Source of the DNA: Actinomycetota bacterium
GTDB lineage: Bacteria > Actinomycetota > Acidimicrobiia > Acidimicrobiales > CADCSY01
DNA: 64,000 bases
Assembly: GCA_004366205.1 (NCBI GenBank)
Contig: SIRW01000009.1
Span: 4,997-68,996, forward strand
Direction of reading: 5' to 3'
How positions within the stretch are numbered: the first letter of the stretch is position 1; every line of letters starts with the position of its first letter. The translations under genes and the position numbers were made by a program. A model generated the notes under the pieces. It was not told the DNA's origin. It saw nothing but the letters and a program-made list of their open reading frames with translations, and did not search any database. Of this stretch, positions 53,825 through 63,068 are shown in pieces.

Positions 53825-55366
53825 TCAGCGGTTGCCGGCGTCGCGGAGGTGGACGCCGGCGTGGCCGACGACCACCACCCGCCGTTCCCGATCGAGGTGG
53901 CAGTACACCCGGCAATGGCGGTCGGGAGGCACGTTGGCGGCGTAGCGCAGGTGCGGTCCGAGCAGGATTCGCCGGCCCTCGTAGGTGCGCTCGTAGTCGG
54001 CGCGGAACATCGTCTTCGCCGTGGTCGAGATGTCCGACACCCACGGCAGGCCGGCCTCGAGGCAGGCGGCGGTGAACCCCGCGCCGATCTCGTCGCGCTG
54101 CCAGCGGGCGGCCACCTCGTCGAGACGCCGGAGGTCGGCGTAGACGTCGTGGGGCCGGACGAACGGCGAGCGGGCCGCCGACTGGTGGGCCTCGGGCAGG
54201 AACACCAGGTGCCGGCACTCCGCGGCGGCCCGAGCGATCGCCTGGGCCATCGTCGTGGGCGCGCCGGCAGGCGGCGGGGCCGCCGCTTCGGACCGGGCCC
54301 GCTCGACGGCGTCGCCCAGGCGGGCCGAGAAGCTGACCGTCAGCTCGCGCAGCTCGGTGCGGACCCGCTCGAGCTCGTCGGTCGCCACCGCCGCCTCGAG
54401 CCGGGCCTCCTCCAGCGCGACGAGGTCGGCCTCCCAGGACTCGAGCATCTGGACGTCGGTGCGCTCGCTGCTCGCGGCCTTCGCCTCGATCTCGGCGATC
54501 CGGCGCCGGGCTGCGGCGGCCTCCAGGCGGCGGGCCAGTGGAGGCACGTCGAGGCGGAGGGCGGCCGTGGCGTACAGCTCGGCGAGCACCGGCCACTCGA
54601 GCCCGGTCTGCCCCGGCCGCAGCTCCCACAGGTGCCACCGGTGGGTGCCACCGGTCTCGCCGGGCAGCCAGCCGGGCCACCAGAGCCGAACCTCGCCGCC
54701 CGCCGGCACGACGTCCTCGCCCACGAGGCCGGCCAGCTCGGCGGCGGCGGGCGGCGCGAGGAACACCACGTGGGCGAGCCCGGCGAGCCGCGCCGCCAGG
54801 CGCTCGGGGTCGAGGCCATCGCCGCCCTCGGTGTGGCTGACCGCGACCACCGGCAGCTGTCGGCCCGGATGGGTGAGGAGGGTGGCCAGGGCCCCGGCGT
54901 CGCGCCGGACGGCGGTCCAGGGCCCGGCGGTCAGCCGGCGGCCGGCGTCGAGCACCGGCAGGTGGTGCACGAGCGAGGCCACCACCCCGGGTGGCAGGGC
55001 TTCGGCGGACCCCGGCGCGGTGACCACCCCGGTGGTCGACCTGAGCGAGCGGCGCACGTAGGCGAAGGCGGCGTCGGCATCGGCGCCGACCTGGTACAGG
55101 ACGGCCCAGCGCACGCTCGGGTCACGGCGGTGGGCGTGCTCGACGCTGACCTCCCACAGCCGGCCGGCCTCCGGGTCGTCGAGGTTGCGCCACCGGATGC
55201 TGGTCGTCGGCCGGGGATGCCACATGCCGTCCCGGTTCGGGGGACGGTCGTCGGGCCAGCGGCCGTAGGGCTCGGCCACGTGCAGGCGCGTCAGGGCCCG
55301 CGCCCTCGGCAGGCACTCGGCCGGGTCGCCCTCGAAGCGCAGGTGGCAGGCGTAGACGTGCTGCAT
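53825..55366 (-). CDS. Hypothetical protein, 513 aa, no family recognised
   Basis: Uninterrupted ORF with very high GC3. Has a central heptad-like, Ala/Glu/Arg-rich segment. The antisense 1056-aa ORF is a GC shadow. Confidence 0.7.
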   Translation of the reverse strand: MQHVYACHLRFEGDPAECLPRARALTRLHVAEPYGRWPDDRPPNRDGMWHPRPTTSIRWRNLDDPEAGRLWEVSVEHAHRRDPSVRWAVLYQVGADADAAFAYVRRSLRSTTGVVTAPGSAEALPPGVVASLVHHLPVLDAGRRLTAGPWTAVRRDAGALATLLTHPGRQLPVVAVSHTEGGDGLDPERLAARLAGLAHVVFLAPPAAAELAGLVGEDVVPAGGEVRLWWPGWLPGETGGTHRWHLWELRPGQTGLEWPVLAELYATAALRLDVPPLARRLEAAAARRRIAEIEAKAASSERTDVQMLESWEADLVALEEARLEAAVATDELERVRTELRELTVSFSARLGDAVERARSEAAAPPPAGAPTTMAQAIARAAAECRHLVFLPEAHQSAARSPFVRPHDVYADLRRLDEVAARWQRDEIGAGFTAACLEAGLPWVSDISTTAKTMFRADYERTYEGRRILLGPHLRYAANVPPDRHCRVYCHLDRERRVVVVGHAGVHLRDAGNR

Positions 55367-55447
55367 CGCCGGTCGGAGCCGAGGATACGGACCGGCCGGC
55401 GGCGAAGGCGCGGTGGTCGGGGGTTCGGGTGCCGAGACCTCGAAGGC

Positions 55448-56869
55448 TCACCGGGGGAGCGGCAGCGGGTCACTGGTCGCCAGCGCGAGCAGCGCGGCGG
55501 CCAGGCTGCCGACCTCCATGACGGGTACGCCGCGGGCGTCGGTGTGCTGGCCGGATGGGACGAGGAACAGGTCGGCGCCGGCCCGGTGGGCGGCGCTGGC
55601 CTTGAGGCCGACGTGGCCGACGGCGAGCACCCGGCCCTCGTCTCCCAGGGCGCCGGTGGCGACGATCGTGCGACCCTGCGAGCGGTCCACCGGGTCGAGC
55701 AGTTCCGCCAGCGCCAGCGCGTAGACGAGGCCGGCCGACGGTCCGGTGATGGGCCGGTCGCGGATCGTCACCTCCAGCGGCCGCCCGTCGCTGTCGACCG
55801 GTGCGACGGCGGCGATGGCGGTGTGGGCGGCGGCCCGGAACAGCTCACGGCCGCGACGCTGCTCCCGCTCCGGGTCGAGCGTGCTGATCCCGTCCACCCG
55901 CACGACGGCGACGTCGCGCTGGGTCAGCGCGGTCCAGACGAGCCCGGTCAGGTTGGGGCGGCGGGCGTCCACGGTGACGAGCAGGTAGCGGCCGCTCGGG
56001 GTGTGGAGGTCGGCGTCGGCGACGGTGATGTCACCGACGACGTCGTGGACCTGCCCGGGTGTCAGCACCACGACAGGCGGGTGGTAGCTGGCCCCGACCC
56101 ACAGCGTGAGCGCACCGGCGGCTGCGACCAGGGCGGCGACCGTGCGGGCCGGCAGGCGCGCGCGGTCGGGGCCTGGGGACGGCGCCGGGCTTCCCGCCGA
56201 TCGCCGCAGCGGTCTCGTGAACGCGCTGGTAGAGGGTCCGTGGCGCGGCGCTACCACACGGAACCCGACCGGGATCGCCGCCCGTTCCGGTGCCGCCGGT
56301 CGGCGCTGGGCCAGCCGCCGCCACACGTCGTTGCCCTCGCGGTGGAGGCGCTCGACGTGGGCCCGGAACTCCTCCGCCGTCAGGTCCGGCCGGAGGCCGC
56401 GTTGCACGGACCGGTGGTGGGCGAGGCTCAGCAGCTCGCGGCGGCCGAGCACGAACGCCCGCACGGGCGTGACCGCCACCGCGGTCGCCGGCTGGGGTGC
56501 GAACCCGAGGATGGCCGACTCGCCGAGGTGCGAGCCGGGGCCGACGGTGGCGACGCTCCGGCCCCGCCGGGTGAGCCGCACCGAACCCTCGACCAGGACG
56601 ATGAACCAGTAGCCGATGCGGTCCTCGCGCAACAGGACGGTGCCCGCGTCGGCCACCACCTCCTCACCCCACCGGGCGATCTGGCGGATCTCGGCGGCGC
56701 TGCACGCCGCGAAGACCGGCAGGCTCGCGACCAGCGCCCGCCGGCGGGCGCCAACGGTGAGCGGCCGCCGGCGCCGGTGAGGGTGGTGGCGGCGCGGGCG
56801 CCCGCGATCGCCCGGAGCCTGACCGGCCGGCGCCGAGGCCCGGCCTTCGTGCAACCCCCCAGCGCGCAC
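55448..56869 (-). CDS. cNMP-binding-like domain / TM helix / Lon-type S16 protease domain fusion protein
   Basis: GTG 56869 is preceded by GGAGGG (TTG 56854 is an alternative). CAP_ED-like LPVFAACSAAEIRQIA...GSHLGESAIL...VTPVRAFVL. TM helix TVAALVAAAGALTLWVGA. Lon_C-like ITGPSAGL and VGLKASAAHRAGADLFLVP. Confidence 0.7.
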   Translation of the reverse strand: MRAGGLHEGRASAPAGQAPGDRGRPRRHHPHRRRRPLTVGARRRALVASLPVFAACSAAEIRQIARWGEEVVADAGTVLLREDRIGYWFIVLVEGSVRLTRRGRSVATVGPGSHLGESAILGFAPQPATAVAVTPVRAFVLGRRELLSLAHHRSVQRGLRPDLTAEEFRAHVERLHREGNDVWRRLAQRRPAAPERAAIPVGFRVVAPRHGPSTSAFTRPLRRSAGSPAPSPGPDRARLPARTVAALVAAAGALTLWVGASYHPPVVVLTPGQVHDVVGDITVADADLHTPSGRYLLVTVDARRPNLTGLVWTALTQRDVAVVRVDGISTLDPEREQRRGRELFRAAAHTAIAAVAPVDSDGRPLEVTIRDRPITGPSAGLVYALALAELLDPVDRSQGRTIVATGALGDEGRVLAVGHVGLKASAAHRAGADLFLVPSGQHTDARGVPVMEVGSLAAALLALATSDPLPLPR

Positions 56870-56900
56870 GGGACCCTCCGCCGCGACCCTACCGCGGCGC

Positions 56901-59591
56901 TCAGCGGGTGGCGAGGAGGACGCGTGCGGGGGAGAGCAGCTCGATGGAGCCGGGGGGCGAGTTGCGCACGAACTCTCGGTGATGGCCGGTGGCAGCCTCG
57001 CGGTCGCCCTCGGCGGTGAGCCGGGCGTGCTGGACGTAGTGCAGCCCGGCGCGGACGGCGGCGAGCCCAGTGGCGTCCAGGCGGGCCAGGTACGGGTCGA
57101 CCGCAGGCGGTGTGGCCTCGGCCAACCGCCGGAACAGGGCGTCACGGGCGGCTCCCACGACCAGGTCGACCTCGCCGACCCGGGCACGGCGGTGCGTGCG
57201 GGGCGCCTCGTACTCGACGACAGGACGGGTGTCGGTGTTCAACGGCGCGCCGGCGAACACGCCGCTGGCCGTGACGTTCCCGGCGTAGAGGCGTAGGACC
57301 ATCGCCTCCAGCTCGGCGGGTGACGGCGGGGGTGCAGGTCCGGTGCGGGGTCCGGCCTCGGCGAGCAGGCGCGCGGCGCGCCGGGCCGGCAGCGCGGGGT
57401 CGAGCGGTTCGGCATCGACCGTCCCGACGAGGGCCACGATCGACCGGCTGGCGAACAGGTCGCCCCGCCACATGGTGACCTCGCCGAACACGGCGTCCAT
57501 GGTGCGGGCGATGGAACCCAGCTCCAGCTCGGACACCTGATAGAGGGGGATCCACTGAACGAACAGCCCGCCCGGTTCGAGCCTCGACCGGGCGGTGCGG
57601 AAGTGCTCGAGCGTGTAGAGGTTGCCGGTACCCGCCTTCCACGGTGTGAACAGGTCGCTGATGATCAGGTCGTATCGATCGGCGCTGCGGCGCAGGCAGG
57701 TGCGGCCGTCCTCGGCGTGGATGGTCACGCGCTCGTCCTCGAACAGGCCGTGCACCCATCGTCCGAAGTGGGCGCGGGCGAGGCGCACCACGTCGCCCAC
57801 GAGCTCGCACACCTGGACCCGCTCGACCTCGGGCCACGCCAGGGTCGCGCCGGCGGTGATGCCCGTGCCCATGCCGAGGTGGAACACCGAGCGGGGCTCG
57901 GGGTGCAACAGCAGCGGGATGACGCTCTGGTTCTGCTCCGAGTCGAGCCCGCGGCTGCCGCCGAGCGTGTAGTAGTTGTCCACGCGGATCAGCCGGTCGC
58001 GGCCGCGGCCGACCACGGCGACGGTCGCCTGGGGTCCCTCCCGCAGCTCGACGAGCCGCTCGCCGCTGGCCGGCCGGAGGCGGATCTGGTGGAGGTGGGC
58101 GGTGTCCGCCAGAAGCAGGGCGACGACGCCGGCGGTAGCCGGGAGCGCGGCGGCGAACCGGGGGAGCGAGGCCCGGACGCGGTCGGCTCCAGGGGGTGTT
58201 GGCGGCGCCGCGCCGGCTGGAGCGACCGGTGACCTGGTGAGGACGACCACCGCGAGCAGCGCCGGGTAGGCCGCGGCAAGCACCAGCAGGCTGCGCCACG
58301 CTCCGAAGGCCGGGAGGAGCACGAACCCAGCGGCGAGCGATCCCGCGATGGCGCCGGTGGTGTTGACGGCGACCAGGCGCCCCATGGCCTCCCCGGCGGG
58401 CCGCCCGCCGCCCTCGAGCGTTCGGAGCAGGAACGGCAGCACGGCGCCGAGGGCGATGCCGGGCAGGAGGACCGTCACCGCGGCCACGCCGGCCACGGCA
58501 CCGACGTAGCCCCACCAGCCGGCGTCGGCGCCCACGTACGCGAGCCCGCCGGTGGCATCGTGGAACACCCACGGCGACGAGGCCACCGCCACGCCGGCTG
58601 CCACGAGCAGGCCGCTGAGGACGGTGACGGGCTCGACCCGGCGCAGCCTGCTCAACCCGTTGGCCGCCGCGGCGCCGCCGGCCAGGGCCAGCAGGAAGGT
58701 GCCCAGGACCAGCGAGTACGTGTACACCGAGTTCTGGAGCACCTGGGCGAACAGCCGGGTCCACACCACCTCGACGGCGAGCGTGGCGAACCCCGACACG
58801 AACGCCACGGTCCACACGACCGTTGCTGGCAGACCCGAACCACCCGCACCGGCGGGACGTGCCGAGCCCGTGGCTTTGGCCGCGCCGGTCGTGATGGCGG
58901 TGCCGGGCGTGACGGCGCCGGAGGGGATGACGGGTGCGGGTGCGGCGGCGGAAGTGGCGCGAGCGCCGGTCCGGCGGGCGAGCAGGATGGCTCCCAGACC
59001 GACCGCCACATCGATGCCGACGGCGAGCAGGTAGGCGTTGCGGAACCCGAGGGCGACGGGGAGCACGAACCCGGCCGCGAAGGCCCCCGCCGCCGACCCG
59101 GCGGTGTTGACGCCGTAGAGCGCGCTGCCGGTCACGGCCAGTCGGTCCGGCCGGCGCACCAGGTGCTGGCCCATCAGCGGCAGCGTCCCGCCCATCAGGA
59201 ACGCGGGGGGGAACAGCAGGCTGACCGCGATCGCCGCTTTCACGGCCGTGTCAAGCGCGGGCACGTGGCCCACCAGCCCGTACAGCACGGGGTACAGGGT
59301 GTGGTAGGCGTCCACCAGCACGAAGTGGCCCAGAGCGGTGACGGCAACCGCTACCTCGATCAAGCCGAAGGCGCGCAGCGCGCTCCGGGTCCGCGTCGCG
59401 CGTCGCCCCCACCACCACCCACCCAGGGCGATGCCGGCGAAGAAGATGGCGATGGTGAGAGCGGCCGCTTGGGCGGTGCTGCCGAACAGCAGGCCGACCT
59501 CGCGCACCCACAGCACCTGGTAGACGAGCGCCGCGAAGCCCGAGCAGAAGAAGAGGGCGAGCAGCGTGAGCCTGCGCCAGCGGTCCAGCAT
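56901..59591 (-). CDS. Fused MFS-like membrane domain / spermidine synthase-like protein
   Basis: 896 aa with about 12 or more hydrophobic segments. This is followed by an aminopropyltransferase/MTase-fold region ([24 protein letters not shown]). Confidence 0.8.
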   Translation of the reverse strand: MLDRWRRLTLLALFFCSGFAALVYQVLWVREVGLLFGSTAQAAALTIAIFFAGIALGGWWWGRRATRTRSALRAFGLIEVAVAVTALGHFVLVDAYHTLYPVLYGLVGHVPALDTAVKAAIAVSLLFPPAFLMGGTLPLMGQHLVRRPDRLAVTGSALYGVNTAGSAAGAFAAGFVLPVALGFRNAYLLAVGIDVAVGLGAILLARRTGARATSAAAPAPVIPSGAVTPGTAITTGAAKATGSARPAGAGGSGLPATVVWTVAFVSGFATLAVEVVWTRLFAQVLQNSVYTYSLVLGTFLLALAGGAAAANGLSRLRRVEPVTVLSGLLVAAGVAVASSPWVFHDATGGLAYVGADAGWWGYVGAVAGVAAVTVLLPGIALGAVLPFLLRTLEGGGRPAGEAMGRLVAVNTTGAIAGSLAAGFVLLPAFGAWRSLLVLAAAYPALLAVVVLTRSPVAPAGAAPPTPPGADRVRASLPRFAAALPATAGVVALLLADTAHLHQIRLRPASGERLVELREGPQATVAVVGRGRDRLIRVDNYYTLGGSRGLDSEQNQSVIPLLLHPEPRSVFHLGMGTGITAGATLAWPEVERVQVCELVGDVVRLARAHFGRWVHGLFEDERVTIHAEDGRTCLRRSADRYDLIISDLFTPWKAGTGNLYTLEHFRTARSRLEPGGLFVQWIPLYQVSELELGSIARTMDAVFGEVTMWRGDLFASRSIVALVGTVDAEPLDPALPARRAARLLAEAGPRTGPAPPPSPAELEAMVLRLYAGNVTASGVFAGAPLNTDTRPVVEYEAPRTHRRARVGEVDLVVGAARDALFRRLAEATPPAVDPYLARLDATGLAAVRAGLHYVQHARLTAEGDREAATGHHREFVRNSPPGSIELLSPARVLLATR

Positions 59592-59709
59592 TGGGAGCCA
59601 TTCTCACAAACTGCGGCGCCGAACGTGGCATCGGCCGCCGGAGCGCCTACCCTGGTGGGTGACGGGTGAGCCAGTCCGGTTCGCCCGCGTTGAGCAGAAA
59701 GCAAGTGCA

Positions 59710-59910
59710 TTGGCTACTGGTACCGTCAAGTTCTTCAACAACGAGAAGGGCTACGGCTTCATCTCGCGACCGGACGGCGACGACGTCTTCGTCCACTACT
59801 CCAACATCCAGGGCAGCGGCTACCGCTCGCTCGAAGAGGGTCAGACCGTCGAGTTCGACGTCGGCCCGGGCCGTAAGGGCGACGAGGCGCAGAACGTCCG
59901 CGTCGTCTAG
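59710..59910 (+). CDS. cspA: Cold-shock protein (CspA family)
   Basis: TTG start giving [35 protein letters not shown] (RNP1/RNP2 motifs). 118-nt upstream spacer. Confidence 0.9.
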   Translation: MATGTVKFFNNEKGYGFISRPDGDDVFVHYSNIQGSGYRSLEEGQTVEFDVGPGRKGDEAQNVRVV

Positions 59911-59998
59911 CCGCACCACTGGCGTTGGAGCCGCCGGCGCACACGGTGCCGGCGGCTCTTGCCTTTCTCGGGCCCGACCATCGACCAGGAGTGCCACC

Positions 59999-60280
59999 GT
60001 GGCTGCACAACGAACGACCTTCGGCAAGATCCAGCGTGACCGCGCCAAGCGCGAGAAGCAGGAGCTCAAGCGCCAGCGCAAGGCCGAGGCGCGCGCCGAG
60101 CAGGAGGAGGCGGCGACGGCACCCGCCGTGCCCGTCGGCGCCGACGCCGAGGGCGAGCTCACCGCCGTGCAGCTGCTCGAGGCCGTCGAGGCGTTGCACA
60201 CCGCCTTCGAGAACGACGAGATCGACTTCGAGACCTTCGAGGAGCAGAAGGCCGCGCTGATGGCCCGCATCAGCGTCTGA
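59999..60280 (+). CDS. Hypothetical small charged protein
   Basis: GTG 59999 follows AGGAG. High GC3. Basic N-terminus (KREKQELKRQRKAEARAE) and acidic helical C-terminus. Confidence 0.55.
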   Translation: MAAQRTTFGKIQRDRAKREKQELKRQRKAEARAEQEEAATAPAVPVGADAEGELTAVQLLEAVEALHTAFENDEIDFETFEEQKAALMARISV

Positions 60281-60291
60281 GCGCGGGCCGG

Positions 60292-60996
60292 GTGACCGCT
60301 GCCGCGAACCCGATCGGGCGGGTCGGGAGCGCCTACCTCGACACCGCCGTCGACGCCATGCTGGCGCTGGTCGCCCGGCACGAGGCCGAACGGGGTGAGC
60401 CGCTGCGCGCCGCGCACGTCGAGCGGGTGCACGTGCGAGCCGGCCTGCTCACGGTCGGCATGGAGGCCATGTCGGGCTGGTACCGGGCGCCGGGTGGTCG
60501 AGTGCGCGAGTTCAACATGAACTTCTCGGTGGCCTACTCGCTGGCGCTCGTGCTGCTCGGTGGGCGACTGACCGCGGCCGAGCTCGACCCGGGCTGGTGG
60601 GAGCCGTGCGCTGCTGAGATCGAGGAGGTCGTCGCTCGGGTCGAGCTGATCCACGGCGGCGAGCTCGACCGGGCCATGGCCGAGCGACGGGGCGGGCTCG
60701 ACCTGGGCGACGCCCTGGGGCGTGGGAAAACCGAGCCCGTGCTCGACGGCGTGTCGTTCGCCGACTACGAGCTCGCGTTCCCCGCGGTGGTCGAGGTGCA
60801 CCTCGCCGACGGCACCGTGTGGGAGGCGCGCCAGGACGTCCCCTTGGGCGGCGCCGGCCGCCCCGAGGACGAGACCCGAGCGCTCGTGCAGGCCAAGCTC
60901 GAGGGCAACGGCGCCCCCGCCGGCGCCTTCGACGCGCTGGAGGACCTTGCGTCGCTGGGTTCCGCTGGCCACGTCCGCGCCCTGCTTGCCGGCTGA
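60292..60996 (+). CDS. MmgE/PrpD family, C-terminal-half-only protein
   Basis: 234 aa. Pattern AYLDTAVDAMLAL...FNMNFSVAYSLALVLLGG...VEVHLADGTVW...PLGGAGRP resembles the C-terminal domain of PrpD-type dehydratases. No N-terminal domain is encoded upstream. Confidence 0.45.
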   Translation: MTAAANPIGRVGSAYLDTAVDAMLALVARHEAERGEPLRAAHVERVHVRAGLLTVGMEAMSGWYRAPGGRVREFNMNFSVAYSLALVLLGGRLTAAELDPGWWEPCAAEIEEVVARVELIHGGELDRAMAERRGGLDLGDALGRGKTEPVLDGVSFADYELAFPAVVEVHLADGTVWEARQDVPLGGAGRPEDETRALVQAKLEGNGAPAGAFDALEDLASLGSAGHVRALLAG

Positions 60997-61042
60997 TCCG
61001 AACCGTTCGGCTCGCCCTCCCGACCCCACCCTGCCCAAACCC

Positions 61043-61160
61043 GTTCTCGAGGCGGAGCGCGTCGGGTTCCGGCGCGCTGAGCCTCGAGTCTCGGTGCTGG
61101 TGGGCTCGCTCGACGTTCTCGAGGCGGAGCGTGCCGGGTTTCGGCGCGCTGAGCCTCGAG
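61043..61160 (+). repeat. Hairpin repeat family 2: two 46-nt units (61043-61088 and 61115-61160), 72-nt period
   Basis: Each unit folds as CTCGAGGC-GG-AGCGCG...CGCGCT-GA-GCCTCGAG, about 18 bp with a conserved 2x2 internal loop. The units differ at 3 positions. Confidence 0.7.
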
Positions 61161-61211
61161 TTCGGTCGGGGTGGCTGGGCGGGCGGCGCGGTGCGCACCG
61201 CCGGTGGGACA

Positions 61212-63032
61212 ATGACGGGCATGGCCGAGCACTCGCCGTCCCCCACCACGCTCTACGCCCCCGAACCGGTCGACCGGCTGCCCTTCGGGTCACCCGAGAA
61301 GGCCGCCCGGTACGCCACCGAGCGCTACCTGGGCGCCACAGGCCTGAACTGGTGGCGGTGCGACCCCACCCTGCAGGCGATGATGCGCTTCCACCTCGAC
61401 GGAGCGCACCTGGCGTGGGCCGAACCCCACCTCGACCGCATCGGCGCCGTCATGGGCGGCCCGGTCTCCGAGCGGGCCGAGATCACCGACCGGCACCCGC
61501 CGTACCTCGAGCGCTACGACCGCTGGGGGCGCGACATCAGCCGCGTCGTGCTGCCCCCGTCGTTCCTCGAGAACCGCCGCGACGCCTTGGAGCACAGCTT
61601 CCAGAACCCGGTGATCCGGCGGGAGGCGATCGAGCGCGGGGTGCCGCTGGCGCCCCTGACCGCCGCTCACAGTTACCTGCTGAACCAGGCCGAGATCGGG
61701 ATGATGTGCGCCATCGGCACCGGGGGCGACATGGTCTACAACCTCGTCCGGGCCTTCGCCCCCGACGACATCAAGGAGCGGGTACTCCCGAAGTTCGAGT
61801 CGGGGGAGTGGCTGGGCCAGACCATCCAGTCGCTCACCGAGCGCACCGGCGGGTCCGACCTGGCCGAGCTCGAGACCACGGCCACGCCCGACGGCGACGC
61901 CTGGCGCATCAACGGGTTCAAGTGGTTCGCGTCCAACGTGAACGGCCACGCCTGGGTGGTGCTGGCCAAGCCCGAGGGCGCGCCGGACAGCACGCGGGGC
62001 ATCGCCACGTTCCTCGTGCTCGACGAGCGGCGCGACGGCACCCGCAACGGCATCTTCATCCGCCGCCTCAAGGACAAGCTGGGCACCAAGGCGGTGGCCT
62101 CGGGCGAGGTCGAGTTCCGCGACGCCGAGGCGTTCATCCTCTCGGGCGAGCCGTCGGGCGACGGCTCGGGCGGCACCGGCGCCGGCGACGGCAAGGGCCT
62201 CACCCGCATGATGGAGATGACCAACGGCGCCCGCCTGGGCATCGCCATGATGGGCCTGGGCTGCGCCCGCCGGGCCCTCGTCGAGGCCATGTGCTACGCC
62301 CGGGCCCGCGACGCCTTCGGCAAGCCCCTGCGCGAGCACCCCCTCATGCAGCGCAAGCTGGCCGAGCTGATCGTGGACGTGGAGGCCGCCCAGGCGCTGG
62401 TGTTCGACGGCTACGACCCCGACCACCGGCTGCGGATCGGCGCCCCGCTCATCAAGCTGCGGGCCGCACGGCTGGGGATCACCGCGGCCACCGACGCCAT
62501 CGAGGTCCACGGCGGCAACGGCTACGTGGAGAACTGGCCCGTCGCCCGCATCCTGCGCGACGCGCAGGTGAACACGTTGTGGGAGGGGCCCGACAACATC
62601 CTGTGCCTCGACGTGCGCCGGGGTATCGAGCGCCAGCAGGCCGACGTCGCGTTCCTCGAGCGGCTCCACCAGGCGCTGGGTCACGCACCGGCCGACGAGC
62701 CGGCGACCGACGTGGTGGCCGAGGCGGTCGAGCACCTCACCACCGCCATCGACCGGTGGAAGGCGCTGGACCGCACGACGGCCGAGGCCCGGCTGTTCCC
62801 CCTGTGCCAGTTCATGGCCGACGTCTACGCCGCTGCCCTCCTGCTCGAGCTCGCAGGGTGGGAGCAGCGCGAGCTGGGCTCGGACCGCAAGACGCTCGTC
62901 GCCCGCCTCTACACCCGGCGGGTGCTGGGCTACCCCGGGCCCCTGCGCGGCATCGATGACCCCGTTGCCGAGGACCTCGAGCGCTTCAAGGACCTCTGGG
63001 ACGGCGCCCTCGTCGACGACCGCCTCACCTGA
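61212..63032 (+). CDS. Acyl-CoA dehydrogenase family protein, AidB-like
   Basis: About 606 aa with a long N-terminal extension, then TERTGGSDL, WFASN and EVHGGNGYVENWPVARILRDAQVNTLWEG. Start is ATG 61212 or 61221. Confidence 0.85.
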   Translation: MTGMAEHSPSPTTLYAPEPVDRLPFGSPEKAARYATERYLGATGLNWWRCDPTLQAMMRFHLDGAHLAWAEPHLDRIGAVMGGPVSERAEITDRHPPYLERYDRWGRDISRVVLPPSFLENRRDALEHSFQNPVIRREAIERGVPLAPLTAAHSYLLNQAEIGMMCAIGTGGDMVYNLVRAFAPDDIKERVLPKFESGEWLGQTIQSLTERTGGSDLAELETTATPDGDAWRINGFKWFASNVNGHAWVVLAKPEGAPDSTRGIATFLVLDERRDGTRNGIFIRRLKDKLGTKAVASGEVEFRDAEAFILSGEPSGDGSGGTGAGDGKGLTRMMEMTNGARLGIAMMGLGCARRALVEAMCYARARDAFGKPLREHPLMQRKLAELIVDVEAAQALVFDGYDPDHRLRIGAPLIKLRAARLGITAATDAIEVHGGNGYVENWPVARILRDAQVNTLWEGPDNILCLDVRRGIERQQADVAFLERLHQALGHAPADEPATDVVAEAVEHLTTAIDRWKALDRTTAEARLFPLCQFMADVYAAALLLELAGWEQRELGSDRKTLVARLYTRRVLGYPGPLRGIDDPVAEDLERFKDLWDGALVDDRLT

Positions 63033-63068
63033 CCCGCCCGCCCCGGCGTGCCGTGCCGGTGTCGCTCC

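Noticed and set aside
53849-57019. 1056-aa plus-strand ORF spanning two minus-strand genes
   Set aside because: Its product is Arg/Gly/Pro-rich low complexity. It crosses the intergenic gap between the 513-aa gene and the cNMP-Lon gene. The minus-strand frames carry the recognisable domains and the SD-start contexts.
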